A stretch of 64,000 bases of DNA, taken from NCBI GenBank assembly GCA_051362555.1, contig CM120647.1, positions 15,352,651-15,416,650 on the forward strand. The letters run 5' to 3'. A program made the translations under genes and the position numbers. Positions 27,501-39,414 of the stretch are shown here, one piece after another. A model generated the notes under the pieces. That model saw only the letters and a program-made list of their open reading frames with translations. It was not told the origin of the DNA and did not search any database. Within the stretch, counting starts at the first letter, position 1; the number at the start of each line of letters is the position of its first letter. This DNA is from Lingula anatina (lineage: Eukaryota; Animalia; Brachiopoda).

Positions 27501-28517
27501 GTCAAGGTCGCCCTCATCCTCTTCCTCGTCCTCAAATTCTTCCTCTATTTCATCCACGTTTATTTCTTTCGTTCGTATCCGCTTTTTGCTTGGCTCGTCG
27601 CTAACGTCTTCAACGGCGTCTCGCGTTCCATTGCTGTGACCATGGGTAATTTCCTGTCTGTGAATCCGTGACATATCTCCTTGCTCTTCCTCCTCTCGTT
27701 TCAAGTCATCAAGTCTCGGAGAATTTTCATTAGCATCAGAGTTACTTGGGGACAGATCGCGTTCCAGCTTACTCTTGGATATGACAGGCGTCTGATATTG
27801 CGAAAAACCCTTGGCATCGGGTTGCCTGCTAGAAAAACCGCTCTCTCCGCCGAGCAAACTGTCGATCGTGTGCCCACCACTGGTCAATGGTGGACGGAGA
27901 AGGGCGTCTAACGGTAGCCTTGGGAACTGGGCGTATAGCGGATTTATTGGTGCTCTTGGGTCCAAAAAATACCAAGGATTTGCTGCATGGCCGTTCGCTC
28001 CTGGTAGTGGGGAAAAAGGAGGAAGGCGGCCATTTTGGTTCATCATTTGTTGGTGGCTGATGGGGAGGTGAGCCAATCCGGCATTGGTTGTAGCAAAAGG
28101 GTTTGGGACTTTGAGCAAATCAGGTGGTGACGTAGGTAACGCTCCTGATGACGTCATCAGGTGACCCGTGTAGAAGCCCATTGGCGGCATGCCGAAAAGT
28201 GGTAATGTAGGATGTGTTGTGTTGACGCTGACGGGACGCATTGCTTGAGAAAAACGTTTTTTAAAGTCTTCAGATAAACTGAGAAGTCTTGGGTCTCTTA
28301 AAAGTCTGTCAGCCGCAGCGTCGTCGTTGTTCACATTCATTTTTAGTGCGTCGACCTTTGTGAAGGCAGAAGAGTCCGAAGCCCTCAGCTCCATTTTTCG
28401 AGGGGAATGGTCCTCTGTAGAATTTGAGGGTGACTTTTGGTTGTCGGCATCAAGGCGATGGTCAAAGCCGTTGGTCAGTAAATGGTCTTGTCGGTGAGGT
28501 TTGACCACTAGGTCCAT
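22057..28517 (-). CDS. Fez/Gfi(senseless)-related C2H2 zinc-finger transcription factor, 723 aa, 8 fingers
   Basis: Exons 28517-26973, 23241-22977, 22721-22554 and 22250-22057 (GT-AG, phases 0/1/1, 2172 nt). Fingers include [63 protein letters not shown] and [29 protein letters not shown]. The N-terminal region is Pro-rich and acidic with an eh1-like HTIDSLLG. An acceptor just upstream (exon starts at 28531) implies a further 5' exon. Confidence 0.92.
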
Positions 28518-29347
28518 GAGGGAATATGAAACTGAAAATAAGAATTGAACAAACTTAATTTAATGACATTTTTTTGCAAATGTAAATGGACAATGATGAT
28601 ATCATAGACGGTCACAGAGGGCGAGCGTTTACCAAAATCGTGACTTTAATGAGAATTCTAGCTGAATTAAAATGAAAAAGTCACTTTTTTGAAAATAAAT
28701 TTGCATTTATGTACGTGATAAAAGTTTTTAATAGCAACATCGGTAACAGATTGACATTTCTCAAAATGTAACTCTCGTTACTTAAGTGAAACCTAAAACT
28801 AAACACAAGGCATAATTCTAAAATAAGTCGTAACTAATAAGCTATCACATAGGATTAAGCGTATGTCCTTTCCTATGTAATCAAGCTGTTAAATAACATG
28901 GAAATGCAACACGGCACAGTATTTGGTAAGATGTATGATATAGACCAAATTAACGTCAAGACTATCCGTGGTAAGTTGATCAAGGTCTCTTACAGACGAA
29001 TACACGCTAGATTCAAGATTGAAAGAATCGGCAGCTCAAAGTAAAGCCAAGAAAAAACTTTTTATGGTTATAAGAAATATAATTAAAAACAAATAAAGCG
29101 CACTCATGTTATATACATCAATTACTTCATTTTTCTCTATAATAATAATTACTCTAAATTAATTGAACTCCATTTAAGTGCAAAATTATTTCGGAAATGA
29201 TTAATTTTCCCTATGTTTTATACATAAATGCATTGTCTGGAGGATAAAACTTTTTTGAAATAAAACATGGAGGGAAAACATTTTGATTTTCAAATCATTC
29301 ACTGACGGGGAAGAATCACCTGTCCAGCCTGAAAATCATCCACGCAC

Positions 29348-29701
29348 CTTCCCTTACAACGCATCCAAGTATTAAAGATTCCTCGTACTCGGTCAATAAA
29401 TAAATTTCATCTTGCTACGTCCCTACACACTCATGTCTAAATCCAGTCACTTCCCAGATACCATTAAAATTCAATATTTGAAAAAATTCAGAACGATGTT
29501 AAATGTCAGGGCCACGAACTACAGCCACCGTCCTGGGACTCGTCACCTAAATGAGTGAAACAAACTCAAGTGATGGATCCTCGTCTTGGCAGGAAAAGCG
29601 AACCGGTTTCGGAAACCTTTGATCGAATGGTAAGACCCCACAGGTGCACCCTCGGTCACACATCCCTCAAATACCTGGAATGTTACACCACGCTTCTTAT
29701 A
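29348..29701 (-). promoter_or_regulatory. Candidate TATA box and first non-coding exon of the zinc-finger gene
   Basis: Minus-strand TTTATAAGAAG around 29696-29701, and a donor AAG|GTGCGT with exon end 29348 that could splice to the exon starting at 28531. Confidence 0.35.
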
Positions 29702-32552
29702 AAGCCCCTATTCATTCTTCAGAGCCCTGCATTTGTATAGTGTTAATACCGTCCCTGTCCATACATGTTCCACTAGAGCAAAGGAGCTATACTGGGCCCT
29801 GCCAGTGGATTTTGAACGACCCTTTTCTTGGTTGTAGACATAGCTTTGACAGTGAAACTGAAGCAGGAGCTGAATTTAGATCTCGTCACATCTTATGTAA
29901 GCTCTATGACAAAAGGCTAAATCGAGGCCCTTGAAAATGGATTTCTTAAATGTTTACTAAAAATGAACATGACGTGGATGAGAGGTCGACGTGACCCTGG
30001 AGAGTGGACGCTGAGTTAATGTGGTCATATTTTATTTTATATTCAACCTAAAAATTAAATATTTCAATAAACCAAAATTTATTCCACATCAGTATGTAGG
30101 ATAGAAAAAAAAATCTGCGACTTCATACATGTCGTTTGTTTCAGATGATATCTCCATCGGGGCAATTATCTCACATGGGGATGTGAACGTGAGAAGCTAG
30201 CAGCCGAGTCCACAAAAGAATTTTTACCTGAAAAGTTTTAGAGCCAAAATTCCGTGTGTTTCATTTAAGAAAATTCCCAAATAATCCACTTATATAAACT
30301 AGGTATAAGTATGAAACATTAGCCAAGTCTTTCCTATTGTAAATTACGTGCATTATTGTATATACTAATATATCTCGAGCCGAATAGACCTCAAGTAAGG
30401 TCTAAATGTCTTGACCAATTTTCGGTTTAAAATTAATACGTGGACCGGGGCCCAGGTGTGTGTACGTGACCTAAAGGGGGCCCACAGGTGTTAGGGGGCG
30501 GGACCAGGGACAAATTGTTACCGTGTTCTGACGGTGACTTGCACTGATGATGTTATCATTTCGACTTTTCACTTTTGTGACAGCATACCTTTCGTGTATC
30601 AATAGAAGCGTTTAATAGAAGTGTCTTTAGACCACACCACGCCCCACTTGCCTACCAATATAAACGATAAATAATTCTTCATTTCCGGCCTTCTGTGAGG
30701 GTGACTTCGGGTTTTTTTTGTCGTGATGATTACATTCTCGTTAGGAAAGAGAGCACATCCAATAATTAAAGATTTTATGTCCTTCCGCTTCTTTATAATA
30801 TATTTCTCCCTTTTTACCTGCGTGTACTAAGTTAACATAAGGGTGTACGCCATTCCTGCGCAGTAGTTTAGCTAAACCTGACAATATCAACGTCAAGAAA
30901 TAAGTGCTAGTTTTCTGGATGTATTTTGTGTTTTATAGACCTTTGCTGCACAAATACTAATAACGGATGTCAGACAAGGAACTATAAACGGCGATCATTA
31001 TAAGTACAAACCAACCAAGATGCTACCATAAAATATAACCTCTGTATATTCATTTTTAAACAGCTGTATACTCACTGTGCTCAGTAGGTTAGAATATTGT
31101 TTGTAATCTTACTTCTCAGACAAGTACACTCAATAAAATGAACACTATAGTTAGAAGACATTTAGAACTTAGAAGAAATTCATCATCGAAATATAAAAGT
31201 ATAAGACAAAAGGTCTACGCATTATCCTTTTGATAACGATAAAAGGGCGGGTGAAATATTTTATTACCTTTTAAAATCATTCTGTTGTTTGTTTATCTTA
31301 TCTACCTGTGGTGTGCAGTTCTGCCATAATTCCAAATCAGTTTTTATAAAACAATTTATTAACGTTGTTAGAATATCACTTTTTGGTTACATATCTACAG
31401 TTTGTTGTTTTTTTAGATATCGTTTTCGAACGAATATTACCTTACTTACAGTAAGCGGTATGCATTGTGTTTTCATTTCATATTTCTCACTCCATTTAAA
31501 TCATTCGTACGCTTAAGGGAAATTTTGATAGCAATATATAATTATAGCAATGAATCTGTCAGCTTAAAATAAAAAAGAGGTTCCTGAATGCTAAGTTAGA
31601 TTAAATGAAAAAACAAGACGAACACAAATTAATAATAGAGAAAAATTCATTGTTTAAGGGCAGCATTGAACAAATTAACTTATAAGTGAAGGCATGCAGG
31701 ATAAACCACAGCAATGCTCTACCTTTACGCGTTCAGGTACACTGTTCCCATTAACCCTCAATAGTACCTCAGCGGGAGAACGCGAATATCTAAACTTCTC
31801 ATCTCTGTCACAGAAAGGAGGGGAATACTCCAAGTGGCCTGATAAGCACGCACTCCCACGCGACAAAAGGCTAGGTGTGAGAGGTGTAATCAAATCCTCT
31901 CTTTTATGAATGCCCTTAAAGCTTGTCGCCCCACGCACCTGGGCCAAGCTTCGAGTGGATCCGAGTCCAAACAATAGCCCTCCTCGGGATAATTGTTTGT
32001 CAACAACCCCACTGCTGTACACCTCGTCCTTAAGTATCCCCCCGCTGATTAACATGAAAGATGCAGTTCCTTGTACGTGATAGAATACAAAGCGCGAGGC
32101 ACGATGACCCTTTTCTAGTGCCCCTGTTTTCCACGCACGCATTCAGTGTCGAGAAAAGCGTGAAAGAATATTATTGAGAACAATTGAAAATTATTTGACC
32201 TTCAATGTAAGAAGTGAATATTAATTAAGAGAAAGGTGCAAAAACTATTATCGGGATGGGATAACATTAGGACCGTGCAATTGACGACTTACAAAAGAAC
32301 GAACAATTACAGATGAATTGGAGTGCTATTTTGAAAAACAATGACGACCTATAGAGACAGTTAACAACCCAGGTGTACATGTAACGAAGACTTTGTCACC
32401 TTGAACAATGACAAGTCGTGAGAATATTTCTTCCCCGTGTTACAATAGCTTAACACCATTAGCAATGAAGACTCAGGAAGAAAGACACTTTTAGGGCATT
32501 TCAAAATCCCTCTTATCTTTAACATCGTTGTAAATCAAGGCACACAAACATA

Positions 32553-32592
<40 letters not shown>

Positions 32593-32614
32593 ATGAATGA
32601 AAATGCCAAAAATT

Positions 32615-32860
32615 GCCTTTAGTTCGAGAATAAAATAAACCGATTGATTTAGTTTAAAAATAAAAAATGCAAAGCACTTTCTTTAGTTCGATTATGTGAA
32701 TAAAGAGCAAATGTTTTGGTTCAAAAAAATTAAAATACACGAAAGATTTTAGTTCAAGATTGCAGATTCACAACACGTCGTATCCAGTTCGAAGTAAAAA
32801 TAAACTATTAATTGATTTTTGTTCAAGTTGAGGATTCACAAATTGTCTCAAGTTCTAGAG
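32615..32860. repeat. Degenerate ~30-36 bp minisatellite anchored on TTAGTTC(G/A)A
   Basis: AGTTC-like cores near 32621, 32651, 32685, 32718, 32751, 32786, 32820 and 32850, just after a long polyA run (32554-32591). Confidence 0.55.
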
Positions 32861-35800
32861 GGAACCATAGCGCACGAAAATCTTGTGAGAGTACAGCAAT
32901 CTTCCATCGAAACAGGTGTGTGGATAATGAAATGTAAGATATTTCAATTCATTATCTTTTTCATTTAAAATGTACAAGTATCTGCTGTCACGCACAGTAA
33001 CTCATATTTCACCACTGCTCATGTGTGTATATGTAGATGGCATATGCATAGGTGAATAGAGTGCAAACACATCTGATTCGCATATTACAGAATCTTGAAC
33101 ATATTAGAAATGACAGTGTCATTTTATCCAGATTTCACTCGGTCTAAGTTATCTCTGAATTGACACACAAGCGAATAAAATATTTTCTTTATTTTTTTTA
33201 TGTATTTTGTTTGAAAGCTGTTCATAGAGACACCATGTGGTAAATTAATTTGAACTACAGTAAAAAAGGTTGCACATATATCTTTCTTTTTTGTAACATT
33301 GCTAGGTTGAAAACCTTTCTTAATTTACAACATATTGGTCATGGTATTACCCCAAGCTACACGGCAATTATAATGAATTAATTCAACATCTGGTTATTGT
33401 TATTTCGTTAAATCGTTTAGTTAGTAAGCCTATCTGTTTAAAGAAATTTTATCAATACTTCCACGGTCAAATAATGATTTTCTGTCCATATATAAAATGA
33501 AACAATGAATCAAAATTGTGATTCCACCACAGTCGAAAAATTGAGTGATTAATTTTTTCATTAATTTAACGAAACAATGTATTTACATTTATGTCTTTAA
33601 CTGTGGGACAACTCCAAGGAAAAATATTAGGTAAACACAGAGGAAATAGTTGATTGTTTTCTAAAAATGCATATCTTTTGGTCGATTTATTTAACATAAA
33701 TTTTAAACTAATGGCCACATATCACAATGAACATGATCAAGTCGAAATGCTTACTGTTTTTATTTCCTAATTTATGGTGCAATGGAATTGGCGTACTTAG
33801 ATTTTTGGTCGAATAAATGAACGAAATATTTTTGCTTTAATAAAATTGTAAATGTTACTCATTGATTTAGCCTACCATATTTTGATAAAATGATTTTTTT
33901 CATTTGCTTTATTACTGTCAAATATTACCAAAATATATCCTCGGTATGTTCACAATATCTTCTCAAAGATAAGAAATATTAAAGGTGAAGAAAAAGTGAG
34001 GCATGAAATACAGTTTAACCTTCAGAATACTTACTTGATAATGTTTTGTCTCTATTCTGGGGTTTCTTCTTCCCTCAAATAGGTCTGGTTAATTTCAATA
34101 TATCTGAAATTAAATAAGAAATGCGTTACTAGTCTTCATAAGTTTCGCTTGGTCTAGGAAATTTGTTATCAATTACATTCAAAGACGAAATGATAATCAG
34201 ACGTGAGGATAGAAATATATATAAAAATATCCTAAAAAGGCGATGAAAAATTCGCAGTTGTTCTGTTATTCACAGCGACGCAACCATGCATCCTGCACAT
34301 ACTTGTAGGCAATATTCATCTCTCGAAAACCACGACCGTCTCTTGGGTGAATTTTCTTGCTTTCTACTGGGTGGTATTTAAATATAGGAACGCAATAAAT
34401 AACACGACAAAACGAAGAGCCTAAATTACGCTATTAGAATACCGAGAGATAATCAGACATACCTAAGGATCAGAGAAAACTCGCGCACACAACAAAAGGA
34501 ACTTCAAGCACCCTGCACCTAAACGCCGGAGGATTACTTTGATGTGCGGCGAATAACACCCATTCGTTACCCTCCCAATCGGAGCTCAAAGCCACGCGAT
34601 ATGACAAATTACCTCTGTTGAGCCGCCTTATACCATGCTTGTCTTTTCTACCTGTGACGATGTCTGATTTTCTGACTAACCGACTTCATTCCCAATAAAC
34701 GCTGCTGCGGATTGTGTATGTATAAACTTGCGGTTACGTCGACGGCCATTGTATGCGATGTTTGCCACGACGCGGTGATACGTAACGTCACGGCGTGAAA
34801 CCAATGTCGCAAACTCCTCAAAATAGGATCAGCTGTTATTGGAATTAATAGAATAGGGCGTTTGACAACGGGGATACTCCTTGATGAGGTTTAATCGAAG
34901 GATCTACTTTAGATTTAACGTAAGACCGTAATGGCTGCTAATAGGGATGTGCGGGAAATGGGTAATGCGATATCGTTCTTGTCGTCTGCGCACCGAGAAG
35001 TCACAGGGGGGGAATTTTATTCACTGAAATGTATCAAAAATTTCTTATGTGACTGTCCACTCTCAACACTGACCAACATTATTTCTAGATCTAATTACCG
35101 AAAGCAACTTTCCCACAAAAATTCCAATCGTCTAAAATCGATGCGTTACTTATTCAAATTGATTCAAAAATTTTACATAAATAAAGTAAATAAAAATTAT
35201 GCAGGTTCCATATATACAAAATGAAGTTCAAGGAGCAGGAGACAATACCTTATCTAATGCGACAAATTCGACCACCATTAGCTCTGGGAGCGCGAAAGTA
35301 GTTGAGATAGCGAGAGATAAGACACCAGGCAACAAAACCATATCAATCGCGTCGATCAGAGCTACAAATTGCGAGCCCATTGAAATTTTATCGCCGTTTT
35401 AAATCAGATAATGACGACTTGTATTTAATTTTTAAGGAACAAGTGCTCTGGGCTTGATCAGATAAGGTGTGTGCTGTTTAATACTTGTACTGACCAGTTC
35501 AGTTCAGTTCAATTAACATCGCTCATAAAGCCATTTTCTTTCATTGTCTGTGTTCTACCAGTAATGTTTTTTTAATTTTTAAATTTTTTTCAAACCAGAA
35601 ACATTCCAAGTGAAATTTCTTCAAAGTGTTGTTCTACGCCAGTCAGGGTTGCTTGGCAAAGTTTGAGTCAATGTTTTTTACAAGCATTCAATTACCATAC
35701 TGGGTTTCATTTTCACTGTAACTCACAGCAATCATTGTCATTGTAACGAATATGACATAGTCAATCCCAGTTTTAAGTTCTTCTCCTTGAGATTGAATCG

Positions 35801-38590
35801 TTGTTATATTTTTAAAGGAAAATAGTAGGAAATTTTGTGCCATGTGTCTCTACTTATAAAATTGTACGTCTACTGGACGGCTTGTACCTTGAATCTACTG
35901 GTTATGTTCAATAATCTTTGTCACCCTAGCCGCTTTTCCACACAAAGTGATCACACAAACGAAATAATTAATAAGGTAAATTATAAGAAAAAAGTAATTA
36001 TAAATATAAAAGAAATAAAAATTGAGAAATACACGATACTTGGTATAGTTCTCATTACTTATCTATTTTCACTTTTTTGCATCCGACATATTTTACGCGT
36101 GGTTGGATGTAAATTCACCTGAGTAGGAGTGATAGGCAGTTAAGGAATAATGAGTTACAGTCGTTAACTACGCGTCCCTGTTAAACTCTTTTTCTTATCC
36201 TCGAGGTTAAGACCTCGACTTGACATGTCAGCAGTAGTGTCAAGCCATCAGATTCTGGGTCTAGTTTTCAAAAGCAAGTCTAGCTGTCTTAACCGTTAGG
36301 CGAATAATTTGACTTCACACGAATGTTGATAAGTCAACTCATAAAAACACAAAAAAATCGATTTTAAGAATTTCCTATCTTTTATAGAACAGTGGACTTG
36401 CTCAATAGAAGGGTTAAATGAGGCTAAAATTCTGATCATTAAGTTAAAACAAGTTGAATCTAAATTAGTGGTAGCTTGCCTTTTTAGATAGGACATATAA
36501 TAGGAAATAAAATAAATAGGACTTAAAATGACACTGTATGAGACAGCTATCTACTGGATGTACGGAGAGTTTTTGCCATTTAAAAATATATACTTTCGCA
36601 CTTAATTGTTTTCATAAGACTTAAATAAAGTTGCGTATACTAATCACTTAACGTTAAACTGAAAGTACATATAAGACGACTTTTCAAAGGATGAATATAA
36701 AACAAATATCATCTGATACACAATCAAATTTAAGTTAAAAAGCGATACGAACAATTTCTGTAAAAACCAAATTCGAATAATAGATAAAGAATCTAGCTAT
36801 GAAATATGAAATCTTATGGCCCACGCTCCAGGCTGGAAATGACCATTGGCTCAGTAGAAGAACTAGGCACCAGTAATATTGGACAGATTAAACGGAAATC
36901 ACTAATACATTAATTGTAATTTTCTATTTGAATATTTCGTAACATTGTCCACACAAGAGGAGTAATTAATATATTACATTATTTTTTTCATTTTTAAACC
37001 ATATTCCAATTTCTGGGGGTTAATGAAAGGCTTGTGTCCTCAGGTCTTAGAAATGATAATAACCAGGTAATCCCACAAAACACAATAAAATTTAGAAATC
37101 GAAAATAATCCGTACATTTGTTAAGACATACCTGGTGGCTGAAAAACAGCAGAGAGTCTGTAGCTTTAAGAAAACTGCGATCCTTTTCCTCCTTCACTCT
37201 CTCTTTCTTCTTGTCAACTCCCTCTTCCAGCAGGGGTGAAACGTCTGCGGGTCAAGTCACCTGTACTTGCTGAGAAAGGCACTCTTAAATGACCATTAAG
37301 TCACCGTGAAATCATCAAGTGAATGTCGCATAACAGATATGCGCAATCCGCTTTAAATATCGCCGGTGACAAGCCATTAGGAAGCACTGGTCAGCGGCGC
37401 ACGTGCGGACAGGTAAGCAGCGGTCAGGCGGGGAGTCCGTGACGTAATCGATAGGGGAGAACCTCTCAGTTGGCGCTGATTGGTTGGTATTTGGTTGATC
37501 ATTAGGTGTAGTGATTAATAAATAGCTTGTGAAAGATGGGCCTACTGCAAAAAATGATTACCTTTCCCTTTGTGCATTTTGTTGTTATTTTTCTTTCTTT
37601 TTTTTCACATTAAGACAAGCGTTCTATATTCATTTTATCGTATTTCGCCTGAGCTATATTGTTTCTGTTTTGCTTGTTTTCCTGTGATGTGCCTACTATT
37701 ATGAGGCACATTCGATGACTAGAAAGAATAATTTCACATTATTCCGTCTATTAATATTAGTGTAGTATCAGTATTCAATAACAATAATATCAGTAAAGAC
37801 TAGTAGGCCTATTACTATCAGTATTCAATAACATGCCCTAATACTCGTTCTTCAAGTACACAGTTCACGCCGCCGAGACAGAAATGGAATCAGTGACTGC
37901 AGATTGCTTCCAGGAATGTACCCGTCGGTATATAAATATATGAACACAACATCATGGTTTTCAATTTTTTAAAATACTCTACTCTGTCGACGGGTTTTTA
38001 GACACGGCGTTTTACACGTGTTAAACTGAACCCCTACATCGAAAAACGAAAAAAAAAAAACACTGTTCGTAAGCAATAATTTACTGCAGTTAGGTTCTAC
38101 AGGCTCGATCAAATGTCTACGCTTTGCTGGTTCTGTTAATGATGACAAGTGTGATAAGATTTAGGATCTTTCTGGACCCCACTGGACTAACATGTGTTCG
38201 ACAATAAAAGTGACAATAATTGTTATGTTGATCTGTTATCTACTACATACTTTTTGGCAAACTAATCACCTCTAGTGCAATTAGGTTTTATTTATTTAAT
38301 TTTTGATAGGCAGATTCTGTGACTGCTTCACTGCTGCAAGGAAAAAAAATTACACTCGGAGCACGGCTGTAATATGAAGTTTGATCTTTGACACTCTGTA
38401 TTACAGTGGGCAGTAGAAAAAGTGTTGTCTTACTCCACTAGCCGCCATGTAGTCACGCAATATAACTTATTGAAATGCATCTTTATTTTCAGTTTGTTTG
38501 TGATGTGAATGTTTTGCATTTGACGTAACCGTAATATATTTTCGCTATGTTATAGCCATTTTGCTAAAATATGTTAGAACGACGACAGGC

Positions 38591-38643
38591 TATTATTATT
38601 ATTATTATTGTTATTGTTATTATTGTTATTATTATTATTATTA
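38591..38643. repeat. (ATT/GTT)n microsatellite
   Basis: Tandem att repeats with gtt variants. Confidence 0.9.
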
Positions 38644-39371
38644 CACTCTCTCCTTATTCAGTGAGGTAAAAATATCCCAGGACCGTTACAAAATTACGAA
38701 TATAATTTTTTTTTACTCTAAAAACTAATGATCGAATCAGTATCATACTGAACTGGCATTTCACTCATAACGGTTTAAAATGTAAAGAACTAGAAATAAT
38801 TCACAATAAGTTATACCTTGTAGATTTTTGAACATGGCTGAAATTTCTAGGAAATTTATTATAATTCTGAGAAACTTCTCTATAAAAGTCTTACCCAGAT
38901 GATATGTCTTAACGAAACATGATATCAGAAATGTTGGCAATTTTCCCAAGGATAATAGAGACGAGCAATAAGGAGATCAGGAACGAGTGTTATTTGGCGC
39001 TCATATTTCCCCGTGTCAGCGTGTCAAGGCCAGATTGGATGTCACTTTATTGGCGTGACTTGCAGTACAATACTGAATTCCTCGCTCAACAAGTAAGGCA
39101 GTTTTGTCGATTTGGATTGTGATGAAACTAATTCCTTGTAATTTCAAGGATGTTTCTATGTGATTTTGTTATTTCGAAAAGGTTGTCATTCACGACTTTA
39201 ACTTATGCCTTTATTAACACAAAATTCTAAAAGAAGCTAAAAGAGTGAATAAATAAATAAATGAATGAATAAATAAAGAAAGAAAGAAAGAAAGAAATAA
39301 AGAAATAAATAAAGAAAACCAAAATATCTAAAATTGTAACCTGTATCGTGAAACAAGCTAGCAAGCAAGCA

Positions 39372-39414
<43 letters not shown>

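Noticed and set aside
27681-28071. Plus-strand ORFs inside the zinc-finger exon (similarly 57959-58552 opposite the GPCR)
   Set aside because: Antisense shadows of real coding exons, with no independent features.
28518-29400. Possible upstream coding exon adding a SNAG domain to the zinc-finger protein
   Set aside because: The 14 nt before the ATG are open in frame, but the nearby donors (29320, 29348) give no in-phase ATG-initiated frame, and I saw no MPRSFLV-like sequence.
30218-30240. Minus-strand TTTTCAG|GTAAAA resembling a recursive splice site
   Set aside because: No evidence that it lies inside a long intron, and such a motif can occur by chance.
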